64,000 nt of DNA from assembly GCA_000996085.1 (NCBI GenBank), contig LBYG01000001.1, forward strand, positions 651-64,650. Direction: 5' to 3'. The notes beneath the pieces were generated by a model. It worked only from the letters and a program-made list of their open reading frames with translations, searched no databases and was not told the DNA's origin. This DNA comes from Parcubacteria group bacterium GW2011_GWB1_40_14 (GTDB taxonomy: Bacteria; Patescibacteriota; Minisyncoccia; Terrybacterales; GWB1-40-14). Positions within the stretch are counted from its first letter, which is position 1; every line of letters begins with the position of its first letter. The position numbers and the translations under genes were made by a program. Shown here piece by piece: positions 17,535-28,581 of the stretch.

Positions 17535-20468
17535 ATGAAAAATTCTGAAATTAAACAAGAAAAAGACCTGATACGCATACGTGGGGCGCGGGTTCATAAT
17601 TTAAAAAATATAGATGTGGATATTCCACGTAATAAGCTTACAGTTATAACCGGACTTTCAGGTTCAGGTAAATCGTCTTTAGCCTTTGATACTCTATATG
17701 CTGACGGTCAGCGCCGGTATGTTGAATCTTTATCTGCTTACGCGCGGCAGTTTTTGGGTGTTATGGAAAAACCCGATGTAGATAATATAGACGGAATTTC
17801 TCCCGCAATATCTATAGATCAAAAAAGTGTTTCAAAAAATCCTCGTTCAACCGTAGGGACTATAACTGAAATCTACGATTATTTGCGTTTATTATACGCC
17901 CGAGTTGGTACACCTCATTGTCCGATTTGTAGTAGAGAAGTTAAAAAGCAAAGTCCTACGCAAATTATAAATCAAATTATCAATTTGCCCCTGAAAACTC
18001 CGATTGCAATTTTAGCTCCTGTTATACGCGGCAAAAAAGGGGAACACAAAAGCGTTATTGAAGAGATCGGACGTGCCGGTTTCAGCCGCGTGCGCGTAAA
18101 CGGCGAAATTCTTAAGGTGGAAGAGGCGCAGACAAAATTATTGGCAAGATACAAGATACACGATATTGAAGTTGTTGTTGACAGATTGGAAGTTGGTAGA
18201 AGCGCAGACGATCGCATGCGTATTGCTTCTTCCGTTGAAACCGCATTGAAAATGGGTAATGGAATACTGATTATCAATATTCAAAATGCTAAGAAAAAAT
18301 CCGATATGGTTTTCTCTGAAATGTTTGCTTGTGACGTGGACGGTATTAATTTGCCGGAAATTGAACCCCGTACATTTTCATTTAATAATCCTCATGGTGC
18401 GTGTTCAACTTGTACCGGTATAGGGTACCAACTTCAGGTTGATCCCGATTTGGTTATACCCAATCCCAGATTAACTATTGCCGAGGGCGCCATACGCGCT
18501 TGGATGGGCGCTTCGCATAAAGTAGGAAGACAATCTTGGTATTGGTGGATACTTTCTGAGTTTGCAGATAAGCGCGGTTTTTCCTTAAATACGAGATGGC
18601 AGGACCTTCCAAAAGATATTCAACAAGAAATTTTATACGGTGAAAAATCACAGCACCGGAGCTTACAGCTTGGTGTCGGGCAAGGGATTTCTACGGTTAG
18701 GAAAGATGAAGAAGAGGCTTTATTTGAAGGCGTTGTGTTAAACCTTTTGCGAAGACACAACTCGAGCGATTCTGATTGGACGCGGGCGGAAATTGAAAAA
18801 TACATGATAATAAAAAAATGTTCCGCATGTAATGGTAAGAGATTGCGTCCCGAGGCTTTGGCTGTAACTGTTAACGGCAAATCTATAGACTTAATTACGG
18901 CTATGAGCATTAAGGATGCCCAAAAGTTTTTTGAAAGTTTAACAAACGTACTAACGCAGACGCAGAAAGCAATCGCGCGGTTAATTGTAAAAGAAGTTAT
19001 AAATCGCCTTCAATTTCTTATGGACGTTGGTTTAGATTATCTTACACTTAATCGTTCAGCAGAAACTTTATCCGGCGGAGAAGCTCAGCGTATTCGTTTA
19101 GCCACACAAATAGGCACGCGTCTGGTTGGAATACTTTATATTTTGGACGAACCATCTGTCGGTTTGCATCCGCGTGACCAAGCAAGACTTATCAAAACCT
19201 TGAAAGAGTTACGTGATATAGGTAATACCGTTGTTGTTGTTGAGCACGATGAACAGACAATCATGGCTGCGGATTGGGTCATTGATATCGGTCCGGGTGC
19301 GGGCAAACACGGCGGTAAAGTTATTTTTGTGGGCACGCCAAAAGAATTACTTAAAGCAAAAACTCTGACCGGAGAATATTTATCCGGGCATAAACAAGTA
19401 GGTAAAGCCGAAAGTAAACTGGTTGAACAGGCGGTTTATAGAAATTTGCAGCGGATGGGCGCACCAAATATCGAGAATAAATTTTTGACTATAAAAGGTG
19501 CCAGAGAACACAATTTGAAAAATATTGATGTTAAAATACCTTTGGGAAAATTTGTAGCAGTTACAGGAGTTTCCGGTTCAGGAAAATCTACTTTAGTTAA
19601 CGATATTCTGGCCAAAAGTTTGCTTAAATACTTTTGGGACGCAAAAGAGCAACCGGGACAACACGGCAGCATAGAAGGATTAAATAATATCGATAAAGCT
19701 ATCGTTATTGACCAGTCGCCAATAGGGCGCACGCCTCGTTCGAATCCGGCTACATATACCGGCACATTTACAGTTATACGCACACTTTTTTCCTCAACTA
19801 AAGAAGCTAAAGTGCGCGGTTATGGTCCGGGCAGGTTTTCTTTTAACGTAAAAGGTGGTCGTTGCGAAACGTGTCAAGGCGAAGGAATGCGTAAAATAGA
19901 AATGCAGTTTCTAGCTGATGTCTGGATAGAATGTGAAGAATGTCAGGGTCAGCGTTATAATAAAGATGCGCTTGAAATAACTTGGCGGGGCAAAAACATT
20001 GCTGAAATTTTAGCTATGACCGTTGAGGACGCTTTGAGGTTTTTTGGAGGCATGCCTTCAATTACCGTAAAGTTGCGAACTCTAAATGATGTGGGTTTGG
20101 GTTATATTACTTTGGGCCAGCCGGCTACAACCTTATCCGGAGGCGAGGCGCAACGTATAAAATTGGCTGCCGAGCTTTCTCGCAGGACTACGGGCAAAAC
20201 ATTATATTTACTGGATGAGCCCACAACAGGATTACATTTTGCTGATATAGATAAATTGTTGGGATTGCTTAAGGGATTGGTAAAATTGGGCAATAGCGTG
20301 CTTATAATTGAACACAATCTTGACGTAGTAAAATGCGCAGATTGGATCGTTGATTTGGGCCCAAACGGAGGTGATCTAGGCGGAGAAATTGTCGCTGAAG
20401 GCACTCCGTCGGACATTATTAAAAATAAAAAAAGTTATACAGGACAATATTTACGCAATATCAAATAA
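17535..20468 (+). CDS. uvrA: excinuclease ABC subunit A
   Basis: two ABC ATPase domains ([24 protein letters not shown] x2) and Zn fingers. Confidence 0.98.
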   Translation: MKNSEIKQEKDLIRIRGARVHNLKNIDVDIPRNKLTVITGLSGSGKSSLAFDTLYADGQRRYVESLSAYARQFLGVMEKPDVDNIDGISPAISIDQKSVSKNPRSTVGTITEIYDYLRLLYARVGTPHCPICSREVKKQSPTQIINQIINLPLKTPIAILAPVIRGKKGEHKSVIEEIGRAGFSRVRVNGEILKVEEAQTKLLARYKIHDIEVVVDRLEVGRSADDRMRIASSVETALKMGNGILIINIQNAKKKSDMVFSEMFACDVDGINLPEIEPRTFSFNNPHGACSTCTGIGYQLQVDPDLVIPNPRLTIAEGAIRAWMGASHKVGRQSWYWWILSEFADKRGFSLNTRWQDLPKDIQQEILYGEKSQHRSLQLGVGQGISTVRKDEEEALFEGVVLNLLRRHNSSDSDWTRAEIEKYMIIKKCSACNGKRLRPEALAVTVNGKSIDLITAMSIKDAQKFFESLTNVLTQTQKAIARLIVKEVINRLQFLMDVGLDYLTLNRSAETLSGGEAQRIRLATQIGTRLVGILYILDEPSVGLHPRDQARLIKTLKELRDIGNTVVVVEHDEQTIMAADWVIDIGPGAGKHGGKVIFVGTPKELLKAKTLTGEYLSGHKQVGKAESKLVEQAVYRNLQRMGAPNIENKFLTIKGAREHNLKNIDVKIPLGKFVAVTGVSGSGKSTLVNDILAKSLLKYFWDAKEQPGQHGSIEGLNNIDKAIVIDQSPIGRTPRSNPATYTGTFTVIRTLFSSTKEAKVRGYGPGRFSFNVKGGRCETCQGEGMRKIEMQFLADVWIECEECQGQRYNKDALEITWRGKNIAEILAMTVEDALRFFGGMPSITVKLRTLNDVGLGYITLGQPATTLSGGEAQRIKLAAELSRRTTGKTLYLLDEPTTGLHFADIDKLLGLLKGLVKLGNSVLIIEHNLDVVKCADWIVDLGPNGGDLGGEIVAEGTPSDIIKNKKSYTGQYLRNIK

Positions 20469-20535
20469 TAAAGCTCAAATATCAAATAAAAAGTTAAAAA
20501 TTAACGGTTTGAACTTTGGATTTTGGAATTTGAGT
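20457..20535. repeat. inverted array of degenerate 7-nt tandem repeats
   Basis: aatatca/aataata/aagctca/aatatca.. then tttgaac/tttggat/tttggaa/tttgagt. Confidence 0.6.
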
Positions 20536-20573
20536 TTTATCTGTATTTTGTTTCGTGTTAGTTGATTATTTTT

Positions 20574-21521
20574 ATGTTATCTGATTTACAGAAAGCCATT
20601 TTGTCTACAATCGTATACTATGACGTTCTTGATATGGCGCCGACCTTTCAAGAAATTTATAGCAACTTATTGAATTGGTCCAACGATGCAAAACCTTCAC
20701 TGGGAGAAATTTTAACCAATCTTGATTATTTAAAAAAAGAAGGCATTATAGATCAAAATTTAGGATTTAATTTTTTACCGGGCAGAGATAATTTATCTTC
20801 TGAGCGCATAGATAGATTAAATTTTCTTGATCAAAAATGGAAAAAAGCCAAATGGGGATTTAAGTTACTGGCGACAATTCCATATGTACGGATAGTTTTT
20901 GCTTCAGGTTCGTTTGCGTTGGGAAATACGGATAAAGATAGCGATATAGATGTTCTTATAGTTTTAAAAAAAGGACGGATTTGGACGGGCCGTTTTTTGG
21001 TTACTTTATTGCTGCATATATTACGCTTGCGCCGTCACGGAAAAAAAATAAAAGACAGAATTTGCTTAAACCATTTTATAACGGATGAATCCATGAAAAT
21101 CCCATTTGAAAGTTTGTATAATGCTCACGTTTATGCAAATTTAGTACCGGTATTGGCACTACACGGCGCAAAACCCGAAGATTTTTTCAGAGCCAATGAA
21201 TGGATAAAGAAATATATAAATTTTGATACTAACGCTGAAAATTTTATATCAAGTCGTACGATAAAATCAAACAGACTTTTAATAGCTAAAGGAAGTGTCC
21301 GTGAAATAATTTTAAATACTTATCTTGGTGATCTGATCGAAAAAATACTGAAACAAGTTCAGGAAAAACGCATTTTAAACAATCCATTGTCGCACGAACC
21401 GAAGGGTCATGTGGTTGCAAACGATAATATGCTGGCATTTCATCCGGACTCTCCGGAAGACAAAATAATGCAGAAGTATCGTTTAAAGCTTGCAGAATTA
21501 GGTATTAGTCAAGTTAACTAA
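20574..21521 (+). CDS. nucleotidyltransferase-fold protein
   Basis: GSFALGN..DSDIDV (GS..DxD motif), RICLNHF. Confidence 0.75.
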   Translation: MLSDLQKAILSTIVYYDVLDMAPTFQEIYSNLLNWSNDAKPSLGEILTNLDYLKKEGIIDQNLGFNFLPGRDNLSSERIDRLNFLDQKWKKAKWGFKLLATIPYVRIVFASGSFALGNTDKDSDIDVLIVLKKGRIWTGRFLVTLLLHILRLRRHGKKIKDRICLNHFITDESMKIPFESLYNAHVYANLVPVLALHGAKPEDFFRANEWIKKYINFDTNAENFISSRTIKSNRLLIAKGSVREIILNTYLGDLIEKILKQVQEKRILNNPLSHEPKGHVVANDNMLAFHPDSPEDKIMQKYRLKLAELGISQVN

Positions 21522-21540
21522 AAAATACTACAATAGCCTT

Positions 21541-22509
21541 ATGGACATGGTTATTATTATACTTCTGGCATTGACAGCCGTCGTTTCTGTGGGGGCGTTT
21601 TTCTTATTATGGTCCGGAAAAAACAAGAAATCTGCTGAAAGCGAGCTTATGAAACTGATGCTTGAGCAAATGAGTTCTTTGAAGGGGGATTTAAGTGAAC
21701 GACTTCGGGACGTTAAAGAAGAAGCTAATAAATCGGGTGAAGCAACAGCGCGTTTGCTGACTCAGATAGGAAGACAGGAAGAAGCAGTAAAAATGGTTCT
21801 TGAGCAGACGCGGGATCTTAAAACATTTCAGGATCTATTGCGACCATCAAAAAGCAGAGGAGTTGTCGGAGAGATTATTCTGGAAAATATTCTGAAGGAT
21901 AAGCTCGTTGAAGGCAAACACTATCAAAAACAATATGGATTTAAAAGCGGCGAAGTTGTCGATTTTGTTCTTTTCTTGAATGATTATATAGTTCCGCTTG
22001 ATTCAAAGTTTCCTATGGAAAGTTATGAGCGTCTGCTTAAGGTTTCTCCTGAAGAAAAAGAATCAGCTGAAAAAGCTTTTGCTTCTTCTGTTAAGCAAAA
22101 AATTGAAGATATCCGTAAAAAATATATTTTGCCACAGGAAAAGACCACAGATTTTGCATTTATGTATATTCCTTCTGAAGGCATGTATGCAACGGTATTA
22201 TCTATTCAGCCACTTATGGATTTTGCAGCTGCATCACGTGTTATTCCGGTATCACCCTCAACGCTTTTTGCCTATTTAGTAACAATTGAAATGGGATTTC
22301 GCGGAATGCAGATTGAGGAAAGCGCGAAAGAAATACGAGCCGCTCTTTCGTCGTTTATAAAAGATATGTCAGATCTTGATATGAAACTTAAACTTGCCGG
22401 CAAGCATATGAAAGATGCCGTTAAAGCTGAAGAAGACGCCGAGAAAACAATTTCAAAAATAGGTGATAAACTCCGTTCTGTTGTTTCGCAGACGGGAGAA
22501 GAGGAATGA
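21541..22509 (+). CDS. rmuC: DNA recombination protein RmuC
   Basis: N-terminal TM, coiled coil, RGVVGE, PLDSKFP, TTDFAFMYIPSE, SPSTL. Confidence 0.93.
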   Translation: MDMVIIILLALTAVVSVGAFFLLWSGKNKKSAESELMKLMLEQMSSLKGDLSERLRDVKEEANKSGEATARLLTQIGRQEEAVKMVLEQTRDLKTFQDLLRPSKSRGVVGEIILENILKDKLVEGKHYQKQYGFKSGEVVDFVLFLNDYIVPLDSKFPMESYERLLKVSPEEKESAEKAFASSVKQKIEDIRKKYILPQEKTTDFAFMYIPSEGMYATVLSIQPLMDFAAASRVIPVSPSTLFAYLVTIEMGFRGMQIEESAKEIRAALSSFIKDMSDLDMKLKLAGKHMKDAVKAEEDAEKTISKIGDKLRSVVSQTGEEE

Positions 22510-22796
22510 GCATGGAAGAAAAAAGACTTTTAGAATTTTATGGAACAGAATGTCCGCATTGTATTAAAATGCGACCTTTAATTGAACGGCTTGAAAAAGA
22601 AACAAATATGAAAGTTGAACAATATGAAACTTGGCACAACGAACAAAACGCCAGATTATTAGAACAATACGATAAGGGTTATTGCGGAGGTGTTCCGTTT
22701 TTTTATAACACTCTAAGTAATAAATGGATTTGTGGCGCTGTACCATATGAGGAATTAAAAAGTTGGGCAGAGGGGAGTGATGTAATAAAAGAATAG
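22506..22796 (+). CDS. glutaredoxin/thioredoxin-like protein
   Basis: CPHC active site and CGGVPFF cis-Pro loop. Confidence 0.88.
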   Translation: MSMEEKRLLEFYGTECPHCIKMRPLIERLEKETNMKVEQYETWHNEQNARLLEQYDKGYCGGVPFFYNTLSNKWICGAVPYEELKSWAEGSDVIKE

Positions 22797-22800
22797 AAAT

Positions 22801-23454
22801 ATGCTTTTAAGTAAAACTCAGATTGCGATGATGGTGGGTTCAGTTGCCGTGACCGCACTTGTTGGGGGCGGAGCCGGATTTTTATATAAGCAACTGCCAA
22901 GCATCAGAAGCAATTTTTTGAATAATAACGAACAACAGAATAATGTAGAAGTTATAGACGCCCACGATGAAGGACAGGAAGAAACTGAAGTTAATTTGCC
23001 GGATATATCCGTATCATACGTTTCAAATTGGGAAATTTATCAAAATACTCAATATGGATTTGAGATAAATTATCCCAAAGAATGGTTTTTGGAAGAACAA
23101 ACCATTGAAGATAGCGAAATATTTGGCGTATCGATATCATCGCAACAAGTTTTGGAAGACTCTAACCAGGAAAAATATTTTATTGTTTCAATTATGCCCA
23201 ACGTTTTTACAGAACAAGATCTTGCCATGAACGGAGAAGCTGCGGGATATAAATTCCAATCGATCGATTTTCTCGGTTTACCCTCAAACAAGCTGATAGT
23301 CACAGGAGAAAATGAATTAGGAAAACCAAGCACCTCTATTTTATTTAACCGCAACTCAAAAGGTTGGCTTATTTCACATAACAATTATGACATGACCGGC
23401 AATCATAATTCCGTATATGACGAAATATTTTCCACCTTTAAATTTATAGATTAA
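22801..23454 (+). CDS. membrane-anchored PsbP-like domain protein
   Basis: WEIYQNTQYGFEINYPKEW ... IFSTFKF. Confidence 0.7.
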   Translation: MLLSKTQIAMMVGSVAVTALVGGGAGFLYKQLPSIRSNFLNNNEQQNNVEVIDAHDEGQEETEVNLPDISVSYVSNWEIYQNTQYGFEINYPKEWFLEEQTIEDSEIFGVSISSQQVLEDSNQEKYFIVSIMPNVFTEQDLAMNGEAAGYKFQSIDFLGLPSNKLIVTGENELGKPSTSILFNRNSKGWLISHNNYDMTGNHNSVYDEIFSTFKFID

Positions 23455-23463
23455 TTTATACAT

Positions 23464-24210
23464 ATGTACGATGTTAGTTCTCTTTTTCTACCCGCATTTA
23501 TATCCGGATTAGTTACTTTTTTTGCTCCCTGCACCTTTCCATTAATACCGGCTTATTTGGGTTTGATTTCGGGTGCGACCGCAGAAAATTTGGCAGTTCC
23601 CGCAAAACGAAAGATTATTAATTGGAACATGGTTAAGAACGGCGCATTATTTATAGCCGGTTTTTCGTTTGTTTTTGTTTTTTTGGGTGCGGGGTTTGGG
23701 CTTCTTGGGACAGTTGTTGTAGGTTTTCGTTTATGGATAACCAAATTAGCCGGAGTTTTTCTTGTTTTTGCAGGAATAGGCATGCTCGGCTTTATTAAGT
23801 TTCCTGTTTTTAACCTTTTTAAAATTAAAAATACCGGCAGTATGGATCCATCGTTAAGAGCTTTCGTATTAGGCGCAGCTTTAGGCGCCGGATGGACTCC
23901 GTGTGTGGGGCCTATTTTGGGAGCCGTTCTTACGCTGGCCAGCGCTTCATCAACGTGGTTTGCGGGCGCACAACTTTTAGCTGTATTCTCATTGGGGTTA
24001 GCTATACCTTTTATTGTAGTAGCTATTTTGTTTAGTTCTGCTAATAAATACCTGTTAAAACTTAATAAATATATCCAAGTTTTATCGTTTATTTCAGCGA
24101 TATTATTGATCTTGTTCGGCATTTTGATATTTAGTAATAAATTAGGTTATTTAATGGGTTGGGGTTTTAAAATACTTAAATATCAAGATGTTATAATGCC
24201 TTTATTATGA
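23464..24210 (+). CDS. ccdA: CcdA/DsbD-family disulfide-reductant transporter
   Basis: FFAPCTFPLIPAYL and GWTPCVGPILG. Confidence 0.92.
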   Translation: MYDVSSLFLPAFISGLVTFFAPCTFPLIPAYLGLISGATAENLAVPAKRKIINWNMVKNGALFIAGFSFVFVFLGAGFGLLGTVVVGFRLWITKLAGVFLVFAGIGMLGFIKFPVFNLFKIKNTGSMDPSLRAFVLGAALGAGWTPCVGPILGAVLTLASASSTWFAGAQLLAVFSLGLAIPFIVVAILFSSANKYLLKLNKYIQVLSFISAILLILFGILIFSNKLGYLMGWGFKILKYQDVIMPLL

Positions 24211-25115
24211 TTTTTAATCGGGAAAACTTTTTTAATTCTTCGTCCATTGGACGAACTTTAGAATCGGGAAAAAACACTGAACAAAAATCCGCTCAGGAGC
24301 AGTTTGGCGGCTTGCAAGGATATCTTCAGCATGAATTTAAAAATGCCATTTGGTCTGACGATATAAAACCTTTACATAAATCTTACGAAGGAAGAGTTCG
24401 TGAGGTTATAAATGCTATTGTATTGGGTGAGGCACAAAACGTAGATAGAGGAAAGCGTAGAGAGGCGGAATCAGTTGTGCGTTCCAGTAAAACCGCAGAA
24501 GTTACCGATACTGTAATTAAAAAATTTGTAGGAAATTCCGAAACAAGTGATAGAAAATATTTTTGGAGGCTTGAACAAGCGGCTTGGAGAAAAGCGCTTA
24601 ACGGTAAGGAACAAATTGAAAAAGCAGAAACCCCCTTTTTGCAAGAAGTATTTAGAGTTGCTCTTGAAGATGAAATCGAAGTGTTGCGAGTTCCAAAAAG
24701 TCAAAATGATTTCAGAGCTGCGCTGGACAGAGCTGCGGATTATGCGGCGCAATATAGAATTCTTTTTGGGCCAGCTGACAGTACTCAAGAACAGCCTGAT
24801 TCAGAATTGCCTTTACCGCCTGCGGATTATGAATATCTTAAAGGATTAATGCATGATGAAATTGAGCAAGGACTTGCTAACAGAACAGATGTTAAGCTTG
24901 CGCTTGATAATAAAGGAATGATCCAGAGTAATTATGATCCAAATCTTTTAGTAGATTATCGTATAATAAATGCTCAGCGTCTTAGTTTTACAGAAAACGG
25001 TGTTGATATAATCGACAGGCCTTTATATATAATTCAGCAGGAGCAGGAGGCAAAATTAAAAACGGAAAGTGAGAAACGTACCGATGCTTATTATTCGTCA
25101 GAACGCGAACCATAG
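24207..25115 (+). CDS. hypothetical helical protein
   Basis: 302-aa ORF coupled to ccdA (ATGA); no recognisable motif. Confidence 0.7.
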   Translation: MIFNRENFFNSSSIGRTLESGKNTEQKSAQEQFGGLQGYLQHEFKNAIWSDDIKPLHKSYEGRVREVINAIVLGEAQNVDRGKRREAESVVRSSKTAEVTDTVIKKFVGNSETSDRKYFWRLEQAAWRKALNGKEQIEKAETPFLQEVFRVALEDEIEVLRVPKSQNDFRAALDRAADYAAQYRILFGPADSTQEQPDSELPLPPADYEYLKGLMHDEIEQGLANRTDVKLALDNKGMIQSNYDPNLLVDYRIINAQRLSFTENGVDIIDRPLYIIQQEQEAKLKTESEKRTDAYYSSEREP

Positions 25116-25167
25116 AATAGTGTTAGCAAGTATTTAAGTGAATGTATTTTCGTGATACAATAAATTT

Positions 25168-25578
25168 ATGGCGAGAAATAAGATTTTTATTACAGCTTTT
25201 GGAATATTCGTTTTACTTTTTATAGCCGGCAGCGGATTTGTTTTTTATCAGGAAGGTCTGAAAACCGATCAATTTTTGGCTGAAGCATCTTTAAAAAAGA
25301 CAGAAGTATTAATCAAACAAAAACAAAGAGATAATTATCTTCGGTTAAATTCTCAATCAACAACAGATTATTCTGAAGGCGATTGTATCACTGAAGCACA
25401 ATGTTCGTGGGCAGGACAGGGATGCGGCGGAAGGCATGGTGTTTGTACTGATCAACCCGAAAAATATGCGGGAGTAATTACAACATGCATTCTCAATATT
25501 GATCCCGACTTTCCGAGCAATAATGGGTATTCTTGCGGATGCATTTTAGATATAAGGAAGTGTGGTTGGGAGAAATAG
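25168..25578 (+). CDS. membrane-anchored eight-cysteine-cluster protein
   Basis: N-terminal TM; 8 Cys in the C-terminal ~60 aa, ending CGC..CGW. Confidence 0.7.
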   Translation: MARNKIFITAFGIFVLLFIAGSGFVFYQEGLKTDQFLAEASLKKTEVLIKQKQRDNYLRLNSQSTTDYSEGDCITEAQCSWAGQGCGGRHGVCTDQPEKYAGVITTCILNIDPDFPSNNGYSCGCILDIRKCGWEK

Positions 25579-25594
25579 TTTAGTTGTTAAATAT

Positions 25595-25640
25595 AAAAAA
25601 CCTCCATTTCCGCAAGCCTGCGGATTAAACGGAGGTTTTT
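25595..25640. terminator. bidirectional terminator with a nested hairpin
   Basis: aaaaaacctcc..tccgc-aagcct-gcgga..ggaggttttt. Confidence 0.65.
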
Positions 25641-25643
25641 AAT

Positions 25644-26612
25644 TTAAGATTTTATTTTTTTTGATGTTTTCTTTACTCGAGAAACTCTGAATAATCCGGA
25701 GCAAGGAACAATTTCAACGCCGCGTTTTTCAAGTTCATCTAAAAATAAATTCATTCCTATAGAATCAGAAGACATGTGTCCGGCGACAATAGCATTTATA
25801 TGAGCTTTTTTTGCGGCTTCGGTATGTTTTTCTGACATGTGCATCGCAACAACAGTTCCAATACCGGCATGCGCTAAGCGTTCATATATTTCTGCGGAGC
25901 CTTCAGTGCCGCCTGTTATTTCAGTGAGGGCTATTTTGCCGCAGCGTCTATCTTCGGAGCCTGAAAATAACGCCGGTCCGGATCCTAATTTTATGGCTGC
26001 CTGATATTCCGGAATTTCTTTGATCAATTTCATTAGGTCGCCAACAAATTCTGGTTTTGCATCATCTATTTTTTTCTTCAGAAAAGATGCGGCCATATTA
26101 TCTGCAATTGTATGAGTGCACATTAACGAAATTTTTAAAAGTTCCGCGATTTGTACCGCTCTTTCGTGATTGCTTGGAGAGAGTCCGCGCGCAACTTCAG
26201 AAATTCTAGTATGAAGTAAAGACTCGGCAATATTGATCGGTACCCCATATTGGGCCAAAACGTCGGCTTGTAGGTGCATTACCTCGTCGAGTCGGGCTAA
26301 ACCCTTGCCTTCGGGATGATGGCCTATTACCAGGTCAATATTTCCTAAACGATCCGCAAGAAGCATTTCAGACGCTTCGGTATCTATTCCGGTCAAAATG
26401 CGTTTCACTTTTTTTCCGCTATCGTAAAGGATCCTTGTATCAGAATAAGGATTTGTCAGTCGTTCTGTATCAAACATTTTTTTATCTTCAGCGGACATCT
26501 TTTCATATTTTTCTTCGAGCCGAGAGAGCATTTTATCTATATCTTTCGCCGGCCTGAAGTCGTTTTTGCGTCCAAGCTCAATAGCTAATTTATATATTTG
26601 TTCTACTGTCAT
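25644..26612 (-). CDS. NIF3-like dinuclear metal-centre protein
   Basis: NPYSDTR, GID, GHHPEG, HT.ADN, TGGTEG, GH.SSDS.G.N. Confidence 0.85.
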   Translation of the reverse strand: MTVEQIYKLAIELGRKNDFRPAKDIDKMLSRLEEKYEKMSAEDKKMFDTERLTNPYSDTRILYDSGKKVKRILTGIDTEASEMLLADRLGNIDLVIGHHPEGKGLARLDEVMHLQADVLAQYGVPINIAESLLHTRISEVARGLSPSNHERAVQIAELLKISLMCTHTIADNMAASFLKKKIDDAKPEFVGDLMKLIKEIPEYQAAIKLGSGPALFSGSEDRRCGKIALTEITGGTEGSAEIYERLAHAGIGTVVAMHMSEKHTEAAKKAHINAIVAGHMSSDSIGMNLFLDELEKRGVEIVPCSGLFRVSRVKKTSKKIKS

Positions 26613-26683
26613 GCCAATTTTGCTCCTGAGCTACGCGAAGGAATGCAAAATTGTGCACCCTGAGCGAAGTCGAAGGATTACTT
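26610..26683 (-). repeat. 74-nt structured leader-like element, copy 2 (ends at the ATG)
   Basis: gap-free alignment to 9311-9384. Confidence 0.85.
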
Positions 26684-26734
26684 ATTTATATATTAGACAT
26701 CTTAATTTATCTTATGTATTATAGGTTATTGCCG

Positions 26735-27013
26735 ATGAATAATCAATCAGATAATAATACAGATAAAAATAAAAATACGGCCTCAAACGCCGCTTTTTCT
26801 TCGGCTTTTGCGCTTGGCTGGGAGATGGGGTATACAATTACAGTTCCTTTGGTGTTATTCGCTCTGCTTGGTCGTTTTGCGGATAAATATTTCAGCACTT
26901 CGCCCGTATTTTTATTGACCGGAATTATATTATCTATTTTCGTATCAGTATTTCTTTTATATCATAAAGTAAAAAGAATTATAAAAGAACAGGAAGAAGG
27001 AAATAAAACTTAA
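26735..27013 (+). CDS. AtpZ/AtpI-family protein
   Basis: two TM, LGRFADKYFSTSPVFLLTG; first gene of the atp operon. Confidence 0.85.
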   Translation: MNNQSDNNTDKNKNTASNAAFSSAFALGWEMGYTITVPLVLFALLGRFADKYFSTSPVFLLTGIILSIFVSVFLLYHKVKRIIKEQEEGNKT

Positions 27014-27016
27014 TAT

Positions 27017-27742
27017 ATGCATATTTCTATTGCCGCGGAAAAACTATTTAATATTTTCGGATTTCCTGTTACTAACAGTCTTTTAATGTCATGGCTTGCC
27101 ATAATTATTTTGATATCTGTTGCCGTTTATTTTAAACGAACCGCCTCGTCCGTACCCGGAAAATTTCAATCGTTACTTGAGATGGTTTTTGAAGCGCTTC
27201 TTAATCTCATAGACAGCATTACACAGGACAGGAAAAAATCAGAAAAGTTTTTACCTTTAGTATTAACTATTTTTCTTTTTGTTATTGTCGCTAATTGGAT
27301 AAGTTTGGTTCCCGGAGTAGGCAGTATCGGATTAAATACTGAGGACGGATTTTTGCCGCTTTTTCGTCCTACAAATACCGACCTAAACAATACTTTAGCG
27401 TTAGCCGTTATAGCGGTTGTTTCGGCTCATTTCTTTGGCTTAAAAGCTCTTGGAATTAAAAAACATATCGGAAAATTCTTAAATTTTAAAGGACCGATAG
27501 ATTTTTTTGTGGGTTTGCTTGAGGCGGTAGGCGAAGTTTCAAGGATTTTATCTTTTTCTTTCCGGCTATTCGGTAATATGTTTGCAGGCGAAGTTTTGTT
27601 ATTGGTTTTGGCAGGCTTAGTTCCGTTTTTGGTACCAATCCCGTTTTTGGGCTTTGAGCTCTTTGTGGGCTTTATTCAAGCGTTAGTTTTTGCTATGTTA
27701 ACTTTGGTCTTTTTAACAATAGCTACCGCAGAACATCATTAG
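27017..27742 (+). CDS. atpB: ATP synthase Fo subunit a
   Basis: [24 protein letters not shown]. Confidence 0.96.
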   Translation: MHISIAAEKLFNIFGFPVTNSLLMSWLAIIILISVAVYFKRTASSVPGKFQSLLEMVFEALLNLIDSITQDRKKSEKFLPLVLTIFLFVIVANWISLVPGVGSIGLNTEDGFLPLFRPTNTDLNNTLALAVIAVVSAHFFGLKALGIKKHIGKFLNFKGPIDFFVGLLEAVGEVSRILSFSFRLFGNMFAGEVLLLVLAGLVPFLVPIPFLGFELFVGFIQALVFAMLTLVFLTIATAEHH

Positions 27743-27743
27743 T

Positions 27744-28073
<330 letters not shown>

Positions 28074-28075
28074 GG

Positions 28076-28576
28076 ATGTCTGAACTGTTAACAAAATTAG
28101 GAATAGATTGGCACTTGTTTTTAGCGCAGGTTGTTAATTTTGGTATATTGGCTTTTTTGTTACACAGATTTTTATATAAGCCAATGCTTAAAATATTATC
28201 CGAAAGGAGCGCCAAAGCTAAAGAAGTTGTTGAAGGCGCGGCAAGTATGGCTCAGGCTAAACGCGATTTGGAACAGGAAATAGTGGAAACAAGAAATAAG
28301 GCGCGCAAGGAGGCGGATGAGATATTGGTTGAAGGTCAAAAAAAAGCAGAAATTATTCGTGCTGGCGTTATAGCACAACTTGAAAAAGAACTTGTTTTAT
28401 TGAAAAATAAAGCTTTAGCGGAAATAGAGAAAGAGCGGGCAAAAGCAATGAACGAAGCAAAGAATGAATTGGCTTCTACGGTTATTTTAGCCGCGGAAAA
28501 AGTACTTGCGCGCGAGGTCAAAAATGAAGACAGTATAAAACTTGCACAAGAAGCGCTTAGTAAAGTCAAAGAATAA
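28076..28576 (+). CDS. atpF: ATP synthase Fo subunit b
   Basis: LGIDW..AQVVNF..LYKP..ER plus coiled coil. Confidence 0.94.
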   Translation: MSELLTKLGIDWHLFLAQVVNFGILAFLLHRFLYKPMLKILSERSAKAKEVVEGAASMAQAKRDLEQEIVETRNKARKEADEILVEGQKKAEIIRAGVIAQLEKELVLLKNKALAEIEKERAKAMNEAKNELASTVILAAEKVLAREVKNEDSIKLAQEALSKVKE

Positions 28577-28581
28577 AAACC

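Noticed and set aside
23553-24122. 189-aa antisense ORF and similar shadow ORFs (e.g. 9649-10122, 19436-19783)
   Set aside because: Fully overlap well-supported genes on the opposite strand and show no motifs
26651-26734. N-terminal extension of AtpZ/I (MCTLSEVEG..)
   Set aside because: Read-through of the palindromic element; ATG 26735 is the plausible start
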